Part shown: positions 48,447 through 61,928 of the stretch, in pieces
Layout of the letters: every line of letters starts with the position of its first letter
How positions within the stretch are numbered: position 1 is the stretch's first letter
From: Lingula anatina
Lineage: Eukaryota; Animalia; Brachiopoda
NCBI GenBank assembly: GCA_051362555.1
Contig: CM120644.1
Location: forward strand, 1,744,954 to 1,808,953
DNA length: 64,000 nt
Reading direction: 5' to 3'
Position numbers and translations under genes: made by a program
The notes under the pieces: model-generated
Told to the model about the DNA's origin: nothing
Database searches by the model: none
The model's input: the letters and a program-made list of their open reading frames with translations, nothing else

Positions 48447-51400
48447 ATGTGGAAGTCAATCGTTGAAAACCCAAGGTATCGTATTTTTCCGTCTGTCTGT
48501 TTGTCTGTCTGTCTGTCGGTCTGTCTGTCGGTTGGTTCAATTGTTTACCTACTAAGAATCGATGTTTGGAGTAAACTACACATTACTCTTTTTCACCTCT
48601 GTATCCAGCGATGCCACGCCTCCAAACGAACCGTTAAAGAACAGTTACATCCACGGGGCCAGCAGCGAGCCTCTAGTGGGACGCACGGTGTGGGAATGCC
48701 TGCAGGAAGCGGCCAGGGAAAAGCCGGACAGGGTAGCCATCAGGTTGCCGCAGTTTGGCCAGGATCTCACCTATAAAATGATATGTGACAAGGTGAGTTG
48801 AGGTGGTAGAAGGTTGTTAGCGGTCTAAATGTACGATTTCGGGGGGCGGGGTGTGTGAAATGACAGTCGAATATGGTAATGAAGTTAATTAAACTGCAGT
48901 TATGAGAATGGATGTGAAGTTAATGTTGGACATAGAAGAAAATAAAGGAAATGCACCAAATGCCCGTAAAAACAGAAAGAAAAAACAGCATTCTCCCACC
49001 AGTATTTCGCTCCCTTTTCCTTCAAAGCAGCGGGCAGCTCATTTGACGCCAACATATGATATAACTGACCATCTGATTCCACGGGAGATTAGTCAGCGTT
49101 AGTTCGACCCATTTTGATAGATATTGAGATGAAAGGAATGCTGTTACCTTCAGGCTTCTACATTTTTTTGCAGAAGGAAGATAAGTGTGGTTTAAGTAGT
49201 AGATATCTATTGTAATTTTCTTCAGAGTTAATTTAGTTTTTAAATTGCCACCCTGGGGCAAGTTTGCACGCCTCGAGGGGGAAGTTGACTCACATACTAA
49301 AATCCAAAAGAACAATATCATTTTATTCATTTTTATGCATTTTACTCGATAAACTGAGTGACAGAAACAACTGAAAACTTCTTAAGGCCGGTGATAGGGT
49401 CAAATACGCTTAAAATCAGGTTTTTGAGTTTTTTGTGTGTTTATATTAATCAAAAAAGTATCTAACGTTGGATGTTATAATTTTTATGAATTTGCATCGC
49501 AAAATGTGTCTTTTAATGAGTTTTTCAACCGGCACGCGCCCCAGTCAGGCTGACAACTAAGCCACGCCTCTGTTACTAAGGGCCGTTGCCATGAGGGGGG
49601 TCGGAGCACAGTTAATGAGTTATAAGCCGATTACGTGTGCGGTAATAGGTCATACGTCTTACATCAGCTTAGCAGCTAGTACACTTAGTCTAGCTAGTAC
49701 ACTATGGGGAAGAGAAAAGTTCGTGTTAAAAGTCCATTTCCAGAGGAAAGAAAGAAAATTTTGAAAGAGAGTAGGGACTATGCGTGGCGGTTGGGGAAAA
49801 CCGGCCCTATTTGTTCAGTCGGATAACTGATTTCTGTATACCTAATAAATGGGTGAAAGAGTTAATCGAATCGCCTAAATTAATTGACAAATGAAAGAAA
49901 AATCGATAAATAAATAAAAAAAAACGCTAAAAAGGATACTTTTAGCCTACCTCTTAATTTTTGCGATATATATCGGCGAGCGTATCTGCGACACGTTACG
50001 AAACCGGAAATGATTGTTGGTCGCCGTTTGCAAAAGGTAAATTTAATGTTGACAAAATAAGATTTTATTCTCAAAGATATGATATCATGGAGCTTGAGAG
50101 ACACGCGAAAAATTGTGATGTGCATGGCCAAACGAGAGAAATCCAAGCAAGGGTTGACAGCACGATTAAAACAATAAAAATAAAAACGCATGTCAGCGGC
50201 TTTGCATTTTGCGATGTTTGGAGAAAAACAATTTCAAAATCACTGATCAAGCGGGAAGAAAGAGTTCAAAATGTATCCAAAAATGAAAATCACAAAAAGA
50301 CCCCGAAAATAGTCAAGACTAGCAGGTAAAAAGCAAATAGGGTCTAAGTGTCATGTGTGTAAAAATAAAATATTTATTCAAAAGCCTTCTCTCAGCCACT
50401 TTTACCGCTGAATCTTGTGCAGCTGAGCGTCTCCCCTTTATCTTAGCTGGCATTTTGAGAGAGACCGCTCTGAAGTAATCACTGGATTTTTCCGTTGATC
50501 TGACGATTACCAAGTGCCGTGCAAAATAATCCTGCAGCGTTACCCGTCAAAAAACTCTTATTAACACAAGTGACGGCCACTTGCTCTCGACAGACAGTTT
50601 TATCTCATCACTTTGCCGATAACAAAGAAGTAATCTCTCAGGTAAAATTACTCGTTTGCTGAGGAAAAGCCATTGAAACGTTCAAATGCAACTTCACACC
50701 TCTTAATTGCGGTTAAACTTAATCGCCTTTGTTAGCGCTTCCTTCTACATATCCTTGACACCCTACTGGGCATCACTAGGCTAGGGTCCTCTCCAGAGCT
50801 GTCAATCAAAATGGCGGCACGCTTACATGCCTAACGAGTGGTCGGAAAATGTAACAAAAGCACGATTTTCTGCCCCTTCAAAGCACCCAAACAAAATATT
50901 TTTAGATGACAATAAGCAATGGTTCCATCTGATCGTATAACCGATAACAGGTAAAATTGCCAGCTAAGCATTTGACTAATAAGCCTTGTTAACCAACCTG
51001 TGAACGTTTTTGGCTGTTTTAACAGCTTTCTATATTGACGAGATAAGTGAATCGCTGCCAAGTATATCTCACTATCTGAGCAACCGATCGTTACAAAAGT
51101 TGCACCTATTGTTTTTAGGAATGTGGACTACAGCATGATATCAGGGGTTTAAGAGGAAATTGTTTGTTTGAAAGTTATCGCCTTTTGAAGTGAATAACCC
51201 ATTGAAATATGGGCTGATTTAACGTAAAAGATGATAAAATCAAAAGTAAATAGTTTAAGACAATTCCCTGGTACCCCGCTGTAGTGCTTTCACCCAGCTT
51301 TATGAGGCCTTTTGAATCACTTGAATAGCTGTCTTGGTTATAGAGAAAATCCCAATACCGAAAACGGCATTTTTCCCCTCAAATTGGCGCCAGAGCGTCA

Positions 51401-54400
51401 TCCGTTGGACACTTCACTTAATCCCCGTCTTTAATTGGCCTTTTGGGAAGTTTGTTTTAATTTTTTATAAAAACTTATAAGCCCAGGGCTTTGTTTCTAT
51501 GACTTTGGTCCTTTTACTATAAGTGGCCTTAAAATAAAACCGAATTTAACAACAATAACCAAACAAATACACGACCAGTAAAAAAAATCTATCTCATCTA
51601 CCTCTGGTTATTCGGACAGAGATTTAGTAATTACACACACTGGACAATAGAAGTGTCACCCCTACTGAACCAATACTATGGGGGAGATAAATGACTGTGG
51701 AATGATATGCTCCTGGTATCATTTTATTAACATCAAATTTCACAAAAAATCACAAAATGAGAACAAAATATACATGCTACCAAAATATGCAGTTTCAAGT
51801 CCAAAATTAGTACTTAGTGGCATAGCCACGTGACCTAATAATAGGTGCCAGTCTACGAGGCAAGGATTCATATAATTGTCTGATGCGTTCAGGGCTTATG
51901 CTGGCCCAAGCATGAAACACTGAACATAACAGAGTTTCTCTGCTGGTTAGACGGGCATTTGTCAAATGTTTTGACATAGCATTCCACACATTTTCTATTG
52001 TGTTTGCATCCGGACTATGGGCAGGCCACATCACCTTGCGAATGTCCTGTTGGTCAAACCAATCATCAACTGCTCTGGGCCTGTGACAAGGAGCATTGTC
52101 ATCCTGGTGAACAAATGGATAATTCCTGTCACTAAACATGTTAGTAATAGATGGTAGCAAGTCTGACTCCAAAACATCGATATATTTCTAGTGATTCATG
52201 TTTCCATTAACCACTATCAATTCGCCCACGCCACGGATGCTGATGCAGCCCCACACCATGATGAATATGCTGCTCCGGGTTCGAAAATTCAGTGCATGTG
52301 GTTCAAATGCTTTACCAGCAGTTCGCCAGCATCGTACCCGTCTGTCATCAGAGGTCAGACCAAAGCGACACTCATCAGAAAAAAATATAAAGGACCAATT
52401 GTCATGGACTGTCCAGTTCCAGATCCTGTTGACCCTAGTTCACTCTACGTTGCCTGTTTTGTAACGATATAAGAGGTTTCAGTCTTGCTACCCTGCTGTA
52501 AACTCTCTGAGCATGTAACCGACACCGAGCAATTTTCACAGACACATTCTTATGCGAGAAATTGTTCCACTGTGTTATCAACTGACAAGCAGTTTCGAAC
52601 TTTGACAACCTGGACATCAAAATCAGTCGTCGGTCTTCACGGCCAGTAGTTTTTCTTGGACGACCCACCAGAGGCAATTTGTCTCTTGATCCAGTGTTTC
52701 TATACCGAGACCAGACCCTCTGCACGGTTCTGACTGAACAATTCAATTGTATCGATATTCTGACATTGCTCATATTCCGTCTCTTCAGGATAATAACTTG
52801 ACGCCTATAATCCGTTAGATAATTGCCTGTATCTTGCCATATTGGAGGAAGACAGGAATAAAATTTGCTGTACATGCACAAGACCAACAATACAATTCCA
52901 TGGTATAGCGCTTTTATACTCAATAGTCAAATTATAAGTAGACCAGGCATTATAACTACCCAAGATCTGCCTACTTTTATTACTCTGATTTAGGGGGTGA
53001 CACTTCTATTGTCCAGTGTGTGTACATAAGAATGAAAGTGTTGTGTTCTCTATTCTCCATCAGAGTCACCGTTGTTATACACACACACACACGCACATAC
53101 GCACGCACGTCCAAGGTTTTGAAAAAGGGTCGTTTTACGACCATGGCAAGTATTACGGACGCTGCCTAGCTGGTCTCTGAGTTTTTAATACACAATAGCC
53201 TCAATAGGTACTGACAGGTACTGAAATCATAATCGGAATAATTGATACATGCATACTTATGGTTTTCAGAGCAGAGAACTCGCCAAAGGACTGCTGGCAC
53301 TAGGGTTGAAGAAGGGAGATTTTCTCACCATTACAAGTGTTACGGACGCTTCATATGTATATATGGTATATGCTGCAGCACAAATTGGCGTTGTCATAAA
53401 CGCGGTAATTACGTTATATTCTCAAATTATATGTAATTTTAGAAGCAAAAACAAAAAGCATAGAAAATTATATTCAAATTCATTTTCAAAGAAATTACAA
53501 AAGTATGACAGTTGTTTCTGTTCTCATGTTAAAGCTCCTCTGTCGATCCATTGGTTTCCATTGAAACAAAAATAGGGAAACAGTAGAGCCTGCAGGTCTT
53601 TAAAACAACAAATGAAATAGAACACGTGTGTCATACATTCATCTTATCACGTTAGATCTGCCGATGTGACCTTATGTTCCAAAATAATACACCAACGTTA
53701 TACATCGATGCAAATTCATGTCTTTTCATTTTAGCCGGCGTATGCGTACCGACCACGTTCAAAATTCCTAGACATAGCTCTTAATCAAGTATGTATAGCG
53801 ACAAAATTTGTTAAAACGTAAATTCCAATGAAAAGGTGTGTTATTCCAAAGCAATCGGTATTTTAAAGGTTTTGAAAATGTTTAAATTTTTTGTCAAAAA
53901 CTGAGAATTTCTGATATGAATGATTCTGACACTATAGTCTGAGACAGTCAAAATTGTATTTTTGTTGAGTTAAAGTATAAAATTGGAAAAAAAGGCATTT
54001 GTCAAGGTACCCATGGCATCGATTCCTTTTTTCAGTTAAAGTCCAAAACACTGGTGATGATAGAGAATCAGGACGGAGAAAATGTCGCTGCTTTGAAGGA
54101 ACTTATACCAGACTTGGAGACATTTGGTGGAAGAAACATACAGTCTGACAGGTAGAACCTGGGGTGTAGTCCTATCCCAGTTGTGACGGTTAAACTTAGC
54201 ACCCTGCTGTTATAACATGGGATGTGGACATGGATTCTGATGACCCCACAATCTAACCACCACGCTTCTGTACTTCTGGTATTAAAGGAAACCAGATTGT
54301 CTCGATCTATATGGCGAGCTGATCGCTACGATAAGCAGTCTAGTTGCACCAAGTCAATGTGTCACATCTGATCCGAAAATTGCCTTATCTCGTGTCAAAG

Positions 54401-57400
54401 TAATTGCAAATCGGTGGCAAATAGGGAAACCCAAAGGGTGTACAGGTGCTCCTGGGCCTCTTCCTGAACTCTACTTGACCTCTTCCTGACCTCTGTCTGA
54501 CCTTTTCTTGACCTCTTTCTGACCTCTGTCTGACCTCTGCCAGAAATCTGTCTGACCCCCTTTCAATAGCTGTATCCTTAGAGGCACAATTAGAAGCGCA
54601 ATTGTAGACGCGACACATACTTGTAATATTGACTTACGGAGTTCTAAAGTTGCTTGCTAATTCAGTTTCTAATTACCATGTTTTGAACATCATCGGTACT
54701 TTTAAGTACTGTTAAGTATTCATCTCAAGTGTATTTATTTCAGGGTACCCCACCTTAAGAATATCATTATTCCAAATGTGTCGAAAGCAGCTTACGGGTG
54801 AGCGCCATCTTTATGTTTGTTTATCCTGCTGTTCAATTATAAACTTATATACGTGTAGTAGACACATTATAGGCATACTGAAAAAGTTTATAATTACTTA
54901 TATCCCAGAGAAACAACCATGACAGATGTCAAGACAAAAGTACTAAAAAATTAATATATTTCTAGAAGATCTTTAAGACCGACCTTTTGATATAAATTTC
55001 AATAAAATAATTTAAGATAAATCTGTAGCTGTCTAGTTAAATAACTTACTAGTTAAATACTGTGTTCCTCGGCGTTTTGTTACATGGGCAGATTTATCTC
55101 ATTTTGTGGACTGCTGATGTCTGACTTTTGATTAAAGAAATCTGTTATCGAAAATGGAAGTATAAATTTTTCAGCCTGTCCTTCGAAGATGTCACAAAGC
55201 TTGGTAAAGATATTTCAGAGGACGACATCCAAGCAGCCAGAGATGCTTTCACTGGAGATGATCCCATAAACACGGGACTCTCCTCGGTACGAAACGAACC
55301 GCTTTTAAATAAATTTTCTAAAACATGGTAGAGAATGAGTTTATCAAAAAAAAAAAAATAATAAAAAAAAAAAATTAAAATTCTTTCTCGCACGGAGATC
55401 ATTGGAGTGGAAATGTTTACTTGATTAAACGTACTGCTGTCTGTGGAAAACATCACATTAACACCGTTAACCATCCTTTTTGATTCCAGGGCAGCACCGG
55501 CGTTCCTAAATGTTCCGTCAATAGTCATTTTAAGGCGGTCAACTTGCTCAAGTTTTCCTTACTACGATACGCTGACTATAAGAAGGTAATAAAGACCATT
55601 TTCAAATAAAGTTATTCCTGTATCGTGAAATCTTTAGAAAACTAGAAAAAAATGTAACCTTCTATCCTATATAGTTTCCTGTAGTATATATTACAGTAAT
55701 TAACGCTTTTTATCAAACGATAGTACTTGACTTTGCTTTATACGACAAAATACAACCAGTTTTACAACGGAACTCCTCTGGTCATCTTGGTGAACAAATA
55801 TTAATGGATGACCCAACAGAAATATTAGATCCAATTAGCTCTCAGATTTTGGAAATCCTCTTGTTTTCTGATAGACTTATAGTGTTCAGCAATCTACCTA
55901 TTGATCTATAGGTTAATCTGTTGATTTATCTGTTGATCTATCTGTACTAGCTATTGATCTATTTATCTATCTATTGTGATACCAGCCGGTGGTAGTTGGA
56001 GTGGGCAATCCCGTTCACGACGAACTGGTAGCAGATTACGTCTACTGGGTCAGTGTGGAGAATGATAAAGACATCCAGCTTGTGATATTACCGTCCACAC
56101 TGTGGGACGTAGAATTCCAGGGGGAGAACGAAGATGAGGGCTACCACATGGAGGATTTGTACAAATCTATACAAGAGTGCAGGTATGTTGTATTGGGTTA
56201 CCCAGCAGACAAACGACATTGATTCACCGTTGAATCAACGTTAATTTTGGCGGATCAACGTTGAATCAACGTAGAATCAATGTCGTTTGCCTGATGGGTA
56301 GTCACTTTAAGCCCCTGTGACATTGGGCTTGTCACCTCTTGGAGAACCAATTTGAACCCGCTCTCACACATGTGTAATATGACAATCTGTAATAGTACAT
56401 TAACACTGATAATGTACATGTACGAACGACTTTGATTTTGAAGGCGACTATCATATTTTGTCAAAACTCCAACTTTAAAGGAATCGGTAATGGGCTAACT
56501 TTGTTGTCCAAAGCGTCGCAAACCCAGTGTAACAGGGGTTTTGTTGTTTTGAACCGAGGTTAGAGACTTTCGAAGGTTTAAATTATTTGGGCAACATCCG
56601 GTTAAGTTAGACGTCACGGTTCACACGTACATGTATGGTGTATAATCTGGTTTTGAAATTTTCAATTTTTCAAGCCCAATGCAAAATTTGATTTTAGTTA
56701 AATATATCTCAGTGGAATTCACTCAAGAAGCACGAGCTTTTAATGTCAATGGTACTTCATTAAATTCATTCATTAAAACATAATCTCCATTTTTTCAGGA
56801 TCACCCACCTGGAGCTGTACCCGACATTTCTGATGAAGGGTCTGGAGCTTGATGCCGAGATTGTCCAGAAATACGACACATCTTCTGTTAAACGAGGTAC
56901 ATTTCTTCTTTGAAAAATGTGTAATTATTTGATAAAACATTTAAGATTTACTAGAGGAAAAATAATAAATATAATGATAAAAATGATAAAATAAAAAAGC
57001 GTCCCTTGTAGTGGCTTATTATGAACATTAAAACCAGGGCTCACTTTAGATGCTGTGTTAATATATAACTGTACTCCTTCGGAACTGAAAATCATCTAAA
57101 AACAATCTTACAGACAATTCTTGCACCGGACTCTTGTTTTCAGTTTGTCCTAGGCCATGTTTACACGTATATCTTATCCCTTTTCTCCGGCACCTGCATG
57201 TACTATAGACCTGTTTGAATCAAGGATGTTTTTTTTTTTTTTTGGCGTCTTTAGGTATTCTCACGTCCACAGTGATCACGGAGAAACTGAGAGAGCAGTG
57301 CTCAAAGCTAATCCCAGAATTTGTGGTAAGGTTTTGCCTTTCAAAATCTTTATTTGAGCCATATAAGATATTCTAGGTGTTTCCATATTTAGGTTAGGGT

Positions 57401-57972
57401 CGTTCTTTGGTTGTTTCCTAAAGACTGTTATTAAGAATTTTCCAGTATCCTTTGATATAATACCAGTATGGCAACGTGTATCTTTAACCTTTAAAGGAAA
57501 TATAGAATTACACGATTTCTTAAACTGGTCCTCGATGTAAAAGGAAACAATGCAAACACACAAACACACAACTTTCAGAAACATTCTATAAATTATTATG
57601 ACCTTGAACACTATGAAACTACAGCTTGAATCATTTCATTTACATAGAGCAGAAGAGCACGGTGTTGTATATTTATTTTCCGACAAAAAAAAGCTTACAA
57701 AAAGTCGCACAACATGTTGCAAATGCGTTTTTTTTTGTACTGTGAATGGGAATACAGCACTGCCAAGGGAATATATTGCTTGTTCGTGAAAGTACATGTA
57801 GAAAGTGGATTGTTGGTTTTGAGCTGATGAACTTCATCACGTATAATTCACTCTTGGTGTTTTCAGGTCGCACTCGGCACTACAGAATACTGGAACGTCA
57901 GCGCCACCTATCCACTGGATGACGACTTTGACCGCCGGTACCGCGGTATAGGCTTTCCACCGCCACACACTG

Positions 57973-58007
<35 letters not shown>

Positions 58008-60341
58008 TGAGAGAGAGAGAGAGAGAGAGAGGGAGACAGACAAAGGGAGTCAATCAAACAAACTTCATTATAACTATAGTTGTGTAAAATGATATTCCTT
58101 CTACCATTATATAGAGTTCAGTGACCCTGAAGATGACCATGAAGATTTTGCCTTAATAAAGTTATTTCCTGGGCGTTTATTAGAAAAAAACAATGTTACC
58201 AATATATCAAAAAATCTGTAGCCAAATTGGTTTCAATAAACTGGTCTATTTCTTCGTATTACAGGTGAAAATAGTTGATGCAAACAACAAGATCGTTCCT
58301 CCAGGCGTGGAAGGGGAAATATGTGTGCGAGGGGTGTTCATGTTCAGTACTTATTACGGTTCTGAAGACTTGTACAGGAAAGTGGTGTCCCAGTCTGGTT
58401 GGTACCACACTGGGTATGTTATGTGTTAAATGGGACAACGCGTTTGATGAGTTGAAACAGCACAATGGGTGAGTGTGATAGTTGTGACAACACACTTGGT
58501 GAGTGTGATAGTTGTGACAACACACTTGGTGAGTTTGATAGTTGTGACAACACACTGGGTGAGTGTGATAGTTGTGACAACACACTGGGTGAGTGTGATA
58601 ATTGTGACAACACACTTGGTGAGCGTGATAGTTGTGACAACACATTGGTGAGTGTGATAATTGTGTCAACACATTGGGTGAGTGTGCTGGTTGTGACAAC
58701 ACACTGGGAGAGAGTGATATTTGTGACTTTGCAGTTTGAGGGTGTCAAAGTTGTGACATATCGTAGTGCTTAATGTAACTGCAACTAACACCCTAAATAT
58801 GTTTTGAAATGTTTATATGAACTTTGATGAAAGAAATAAGACATGTTGGGCGTTTGCAAAACGTGTGCTTATCCCGATCCAATTAATCATTTTCTATTCC
58901 ATACCCCAGAGACATTGGTACGATGAATGAATACGGGTTTATGTACTACACTGGACGGAAATTTCATGTACTCCATTTTTCTCGCTGGGGCGACAAGGTT
59001 TATCCTGCTGCCATAGAGATTGCAGCAGCAAAACATCCTAAAATCAGTCAGGCACAGGTGAGAGAGAGAAAGAGAGGCCTGTAGGGGAACTGTTGTGGGG
59101 AAGTCTGGAGCACGCCCTCTAAAACAACTTGACTAACTCCTTTTGGTATAAGCAACGTCATTAATACCCCTGTACAAAATTTTCCATTAATGATATGATA
59201 TCAGTACTTACAACTGTATGACTCACGACATATATACATGTATTATAGAAATACACGCTTGATCGGAAGAGTCGAGTGGTCGTTTACGAACGTTTGTGTT
59301 CTGAAACAGGACATTTTATCATGAAACAGTGATAATCATAGCTATAATATAATTAAAGGAAAATAACAGCCCTGTTTCTGTTTCTGAAAATGCGCTCACG
59401 CACGTTTTATATCGCTTACTGTTGTATTTGTTATTGAAAAGTGCTCCCGACCATCACAAGGATGCTCATTATATCCATTGCCTCGGAAATCAATGACAAA
59501 TATCGACAATAGGGCTCACTTTTCTGGGAACGGAACGCATATATTATTATTATAATCATTATAATTATTTTTATTATGATAAAGATGATGATGATGATGA
59601 TGATGATAATGATGATCTTTTTGCTTGGTTAAGGCAGTTGGGTTTAGAAAACCGGGCGAAGATGACCTTGATACCATCATTCTATGTGTTATGTAAGTAA
59701 CCGTATGAAGTGGATGTGCAATCTTTAAAATACGCGTACGTGTCTAGCTGCAAAATCTGCCAAAATGATTACTACATGTACATGCATATCTATACAAACC
59801 TCTCGCGAAAATGCCGTTGAATATAGCCCCATTCAGAATAGCGGTCTTACTAGTCCGAAGTTCAAATATGGCGACCTACCACAAAACTTGCCGTCTGATC
59901 CGCTAATAAGCACTGAATAGATATCCCGTGGGGAAGTATTCAAGTGGGTCCGCCATATTTGACCCTCAGACCAATTAGTCCCCTATTCTGAATGGGCCTA
60001 TGACAAGAGCTCTTCAGCGACTCATTTGACTCGTGAATTTATGATATCATTTGGATATTTAAAGGTGCATTAGTAAGTTTAACATAATTTGACGGTTATC
60101 AACATAAAGTTATAGTTACTATACGAACTGTACAATTATTTTGCCGCAGTCCATAAAGCAACCTTACAATTTACGCTGAGTCATTCCACACTCACCGTCC
60201 TGGTATCATTATAAACAAGATTGACAGTGCTGTAGTGTTTAATAGGACAGACATATTTGGAGGAATGACATCGAATGTTCGCGTGATAGCGTGTGCATAT
60301 ATGTGCGTGCTAACGCGAGCGTGTGTGTGTGTTTGTGTGTG

Positions 60342-60385
<44 letters not shown>

Positions 60386-61741
60386 TGGGTGCGCTCAAAT
60401 GTGTAAAAAGAAGATGTAAAATGTAAGAAGATGAATGAATGTGTGCGTGGGTGCCTGTGTGAAAAAACATGCTTGATATATTTATAAAACGTTTTCTCTT
60501 ATATTTCTCCAGACCTATCCAGGGCCAAAATATAACAGAAGGTGAGCTGCGATCTCATTGCCAGAGCGAGGTGAGTATGAGCCATTATGGTGGAAAATCC
60601 AGTGAGTTACGTAAAATACAATGAATTATGACCTCAGTAAGAGTAAAAAAGCTGGTGATTTTACGAGCACTTAAGAAACAAAAGGAGGCATGTCATTCAA
60701 TTGTGCTGATTGCATTTAGCAAGAGTCCCCCACTGAGTTGAGTCTATCCATGCACGTAGATCGCTGGTGTCTTTATGACCTTTATGAGAAGGGGGTCTTA
60801 GTCGGTCCCTTTGTTGATTATACTTTAAGAATCTTTAAACATCTAACGCATGCCTCATAACACGTTCACATGAGGCCTATCTGGGACAGGTAGAACACCA
60901 GCCTTATGACGTCACCAAGAATTCAGATGCTTAACGTGGGATTGAACACTGTACGACACTGTATAATTTGTGGTGTTATCTGTCCATGTGGTGACGTCAT
61001 TTAATTTCGGATCAAGTTAGGCTGGGTGTGAACACCCCATATTTGACGCCACACTCATGGTTCTTCTCTCCTGTTGTTTTTAACTGTTGGATTAAATGTG
61101 GCCGAACGTAATAAACAGATCGAACAGATCGAAGAATAGGGCCAAGTGAGAGGTAACGATCGCCATATGACGTCATTTAGTCTATATATGGTTTGTGTTC
61201 GTGCTTTCTGCTTACTATACTATGGATATAACAGCCCGTAATTCCTCATTTCAGCTGTTGGATCACATGTGGCCTGACCACTATGTCGTCATGGAGACGT
61301 TCCCCAGGGTGGGGATCAGGCAGAAGGTGAGGCCAGAGAATGATGTTTAAAAGAGGCTGTGAGTTTTAGTTATTTAAAAAAAGTGTGCGTGTTTGTGTGT
61401 GTCAACTCGTCAAGAGTTTTTTTTCTCACCTTATTAATGCATAAATAATAAATATGATTATTTACCCGTCATTTTGCTTGCCTAACGCCCATTTGCCACT
61501 TATATGTACATGTATATATATATATTTATGGTATTTGTGACCTTGGATGTTTTTTTCGTAAAGAATAAAGGGGCAATGGATCTGTTCACGTGAACTGTTA
61601 TTATGTTATTATGTACGTCTTACATGTGTCAGAGTATCGATAATTCTGTCCCTTCAGGTATCCAAAGAAGAACTCCTGAAAAGTGCCAAGAATATCCTCC
61701 TGGATTCCGGTAAATTGAAGTTGAGTGAGATGAACCAGTGA
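48447..61741 (+). CDS. ACSF2-like acyl-CoA synthetase, paralogue 2, 18 exons
   Basis: Same exon structure as paralogue 1. Exons start at ~48447, 48609, 53270, 53735, 54036, 54744, 55175, 55489, 55986, 56800, 57255, 57867, 58265, 58910, 59634, 60513, 61255 and 61658. Motifs SSGSTGVPK, LGTTEY, GEICVRG, GWYHTGDIG. Confidence 0.85.
49386..51528. mobile_element. Possible non-autonomous Kolobok-like element
   Basis: TTAA on both flanks and imperfect TIR ggccggtgatag / ctataagtggcc. Absent from the equivalent intron of paralogue 1. No transposase recognised. Confidence 0.4.
51634..53022 (-). mobile_element. Tc1/mariner transposon, full length and inactivated
   Basis: TA duplication and ~29-bp TIR CACACACTGGACAATAGAAGTGTCACCCC. 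Confidence 0.92.
51807..52840 (-). pseudogene. Frameshifted Tc1 (DD34E-type) transposase
   Basis: Fragments GRPRKTTGREDR, QDDNAPCH and WPAHSPDANTIENVW lie in separate ORFs. Confidence 0.9.
56201..56298. mobile_element. 98-bp CCC-terminated (CACTA-like) MITE
   Basis: ta|CCCAGCAGACAAACGACATTGATTC ... GAATCAATGTCGTTTGCCTGATGGG|ta, with internal gttgaatcaacgt repeats. Confidence 0.75.
58466..58730 (+). repeat. 30-bp minisatellite in intron 13 of paralogue 2
   Basis: (ggtgagtgtgatagttgtgacaacacactK)n, ~8-9 units. Confidence 0.9.
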
Positions 61742-61881
61742 AAACAGTGGCGACAAGACAGGCCTGGAATTGTTTCACATCCGGGACTTCTGACATTTGC
61801 GAGATTTCTCGCGAGACGAGATTGAAAGTTTCCAGTGACCAATATCGATTTGTGCTTATATAAACAGAAAAGAAAAAAGGG

Positions 61882-61928
<47 letters not shown>

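Noticed and set aside
49961-50329. 122-aa ORF as a transposase
   Set aside because: It has a TTG start and no DDE or other motif that I recognise.
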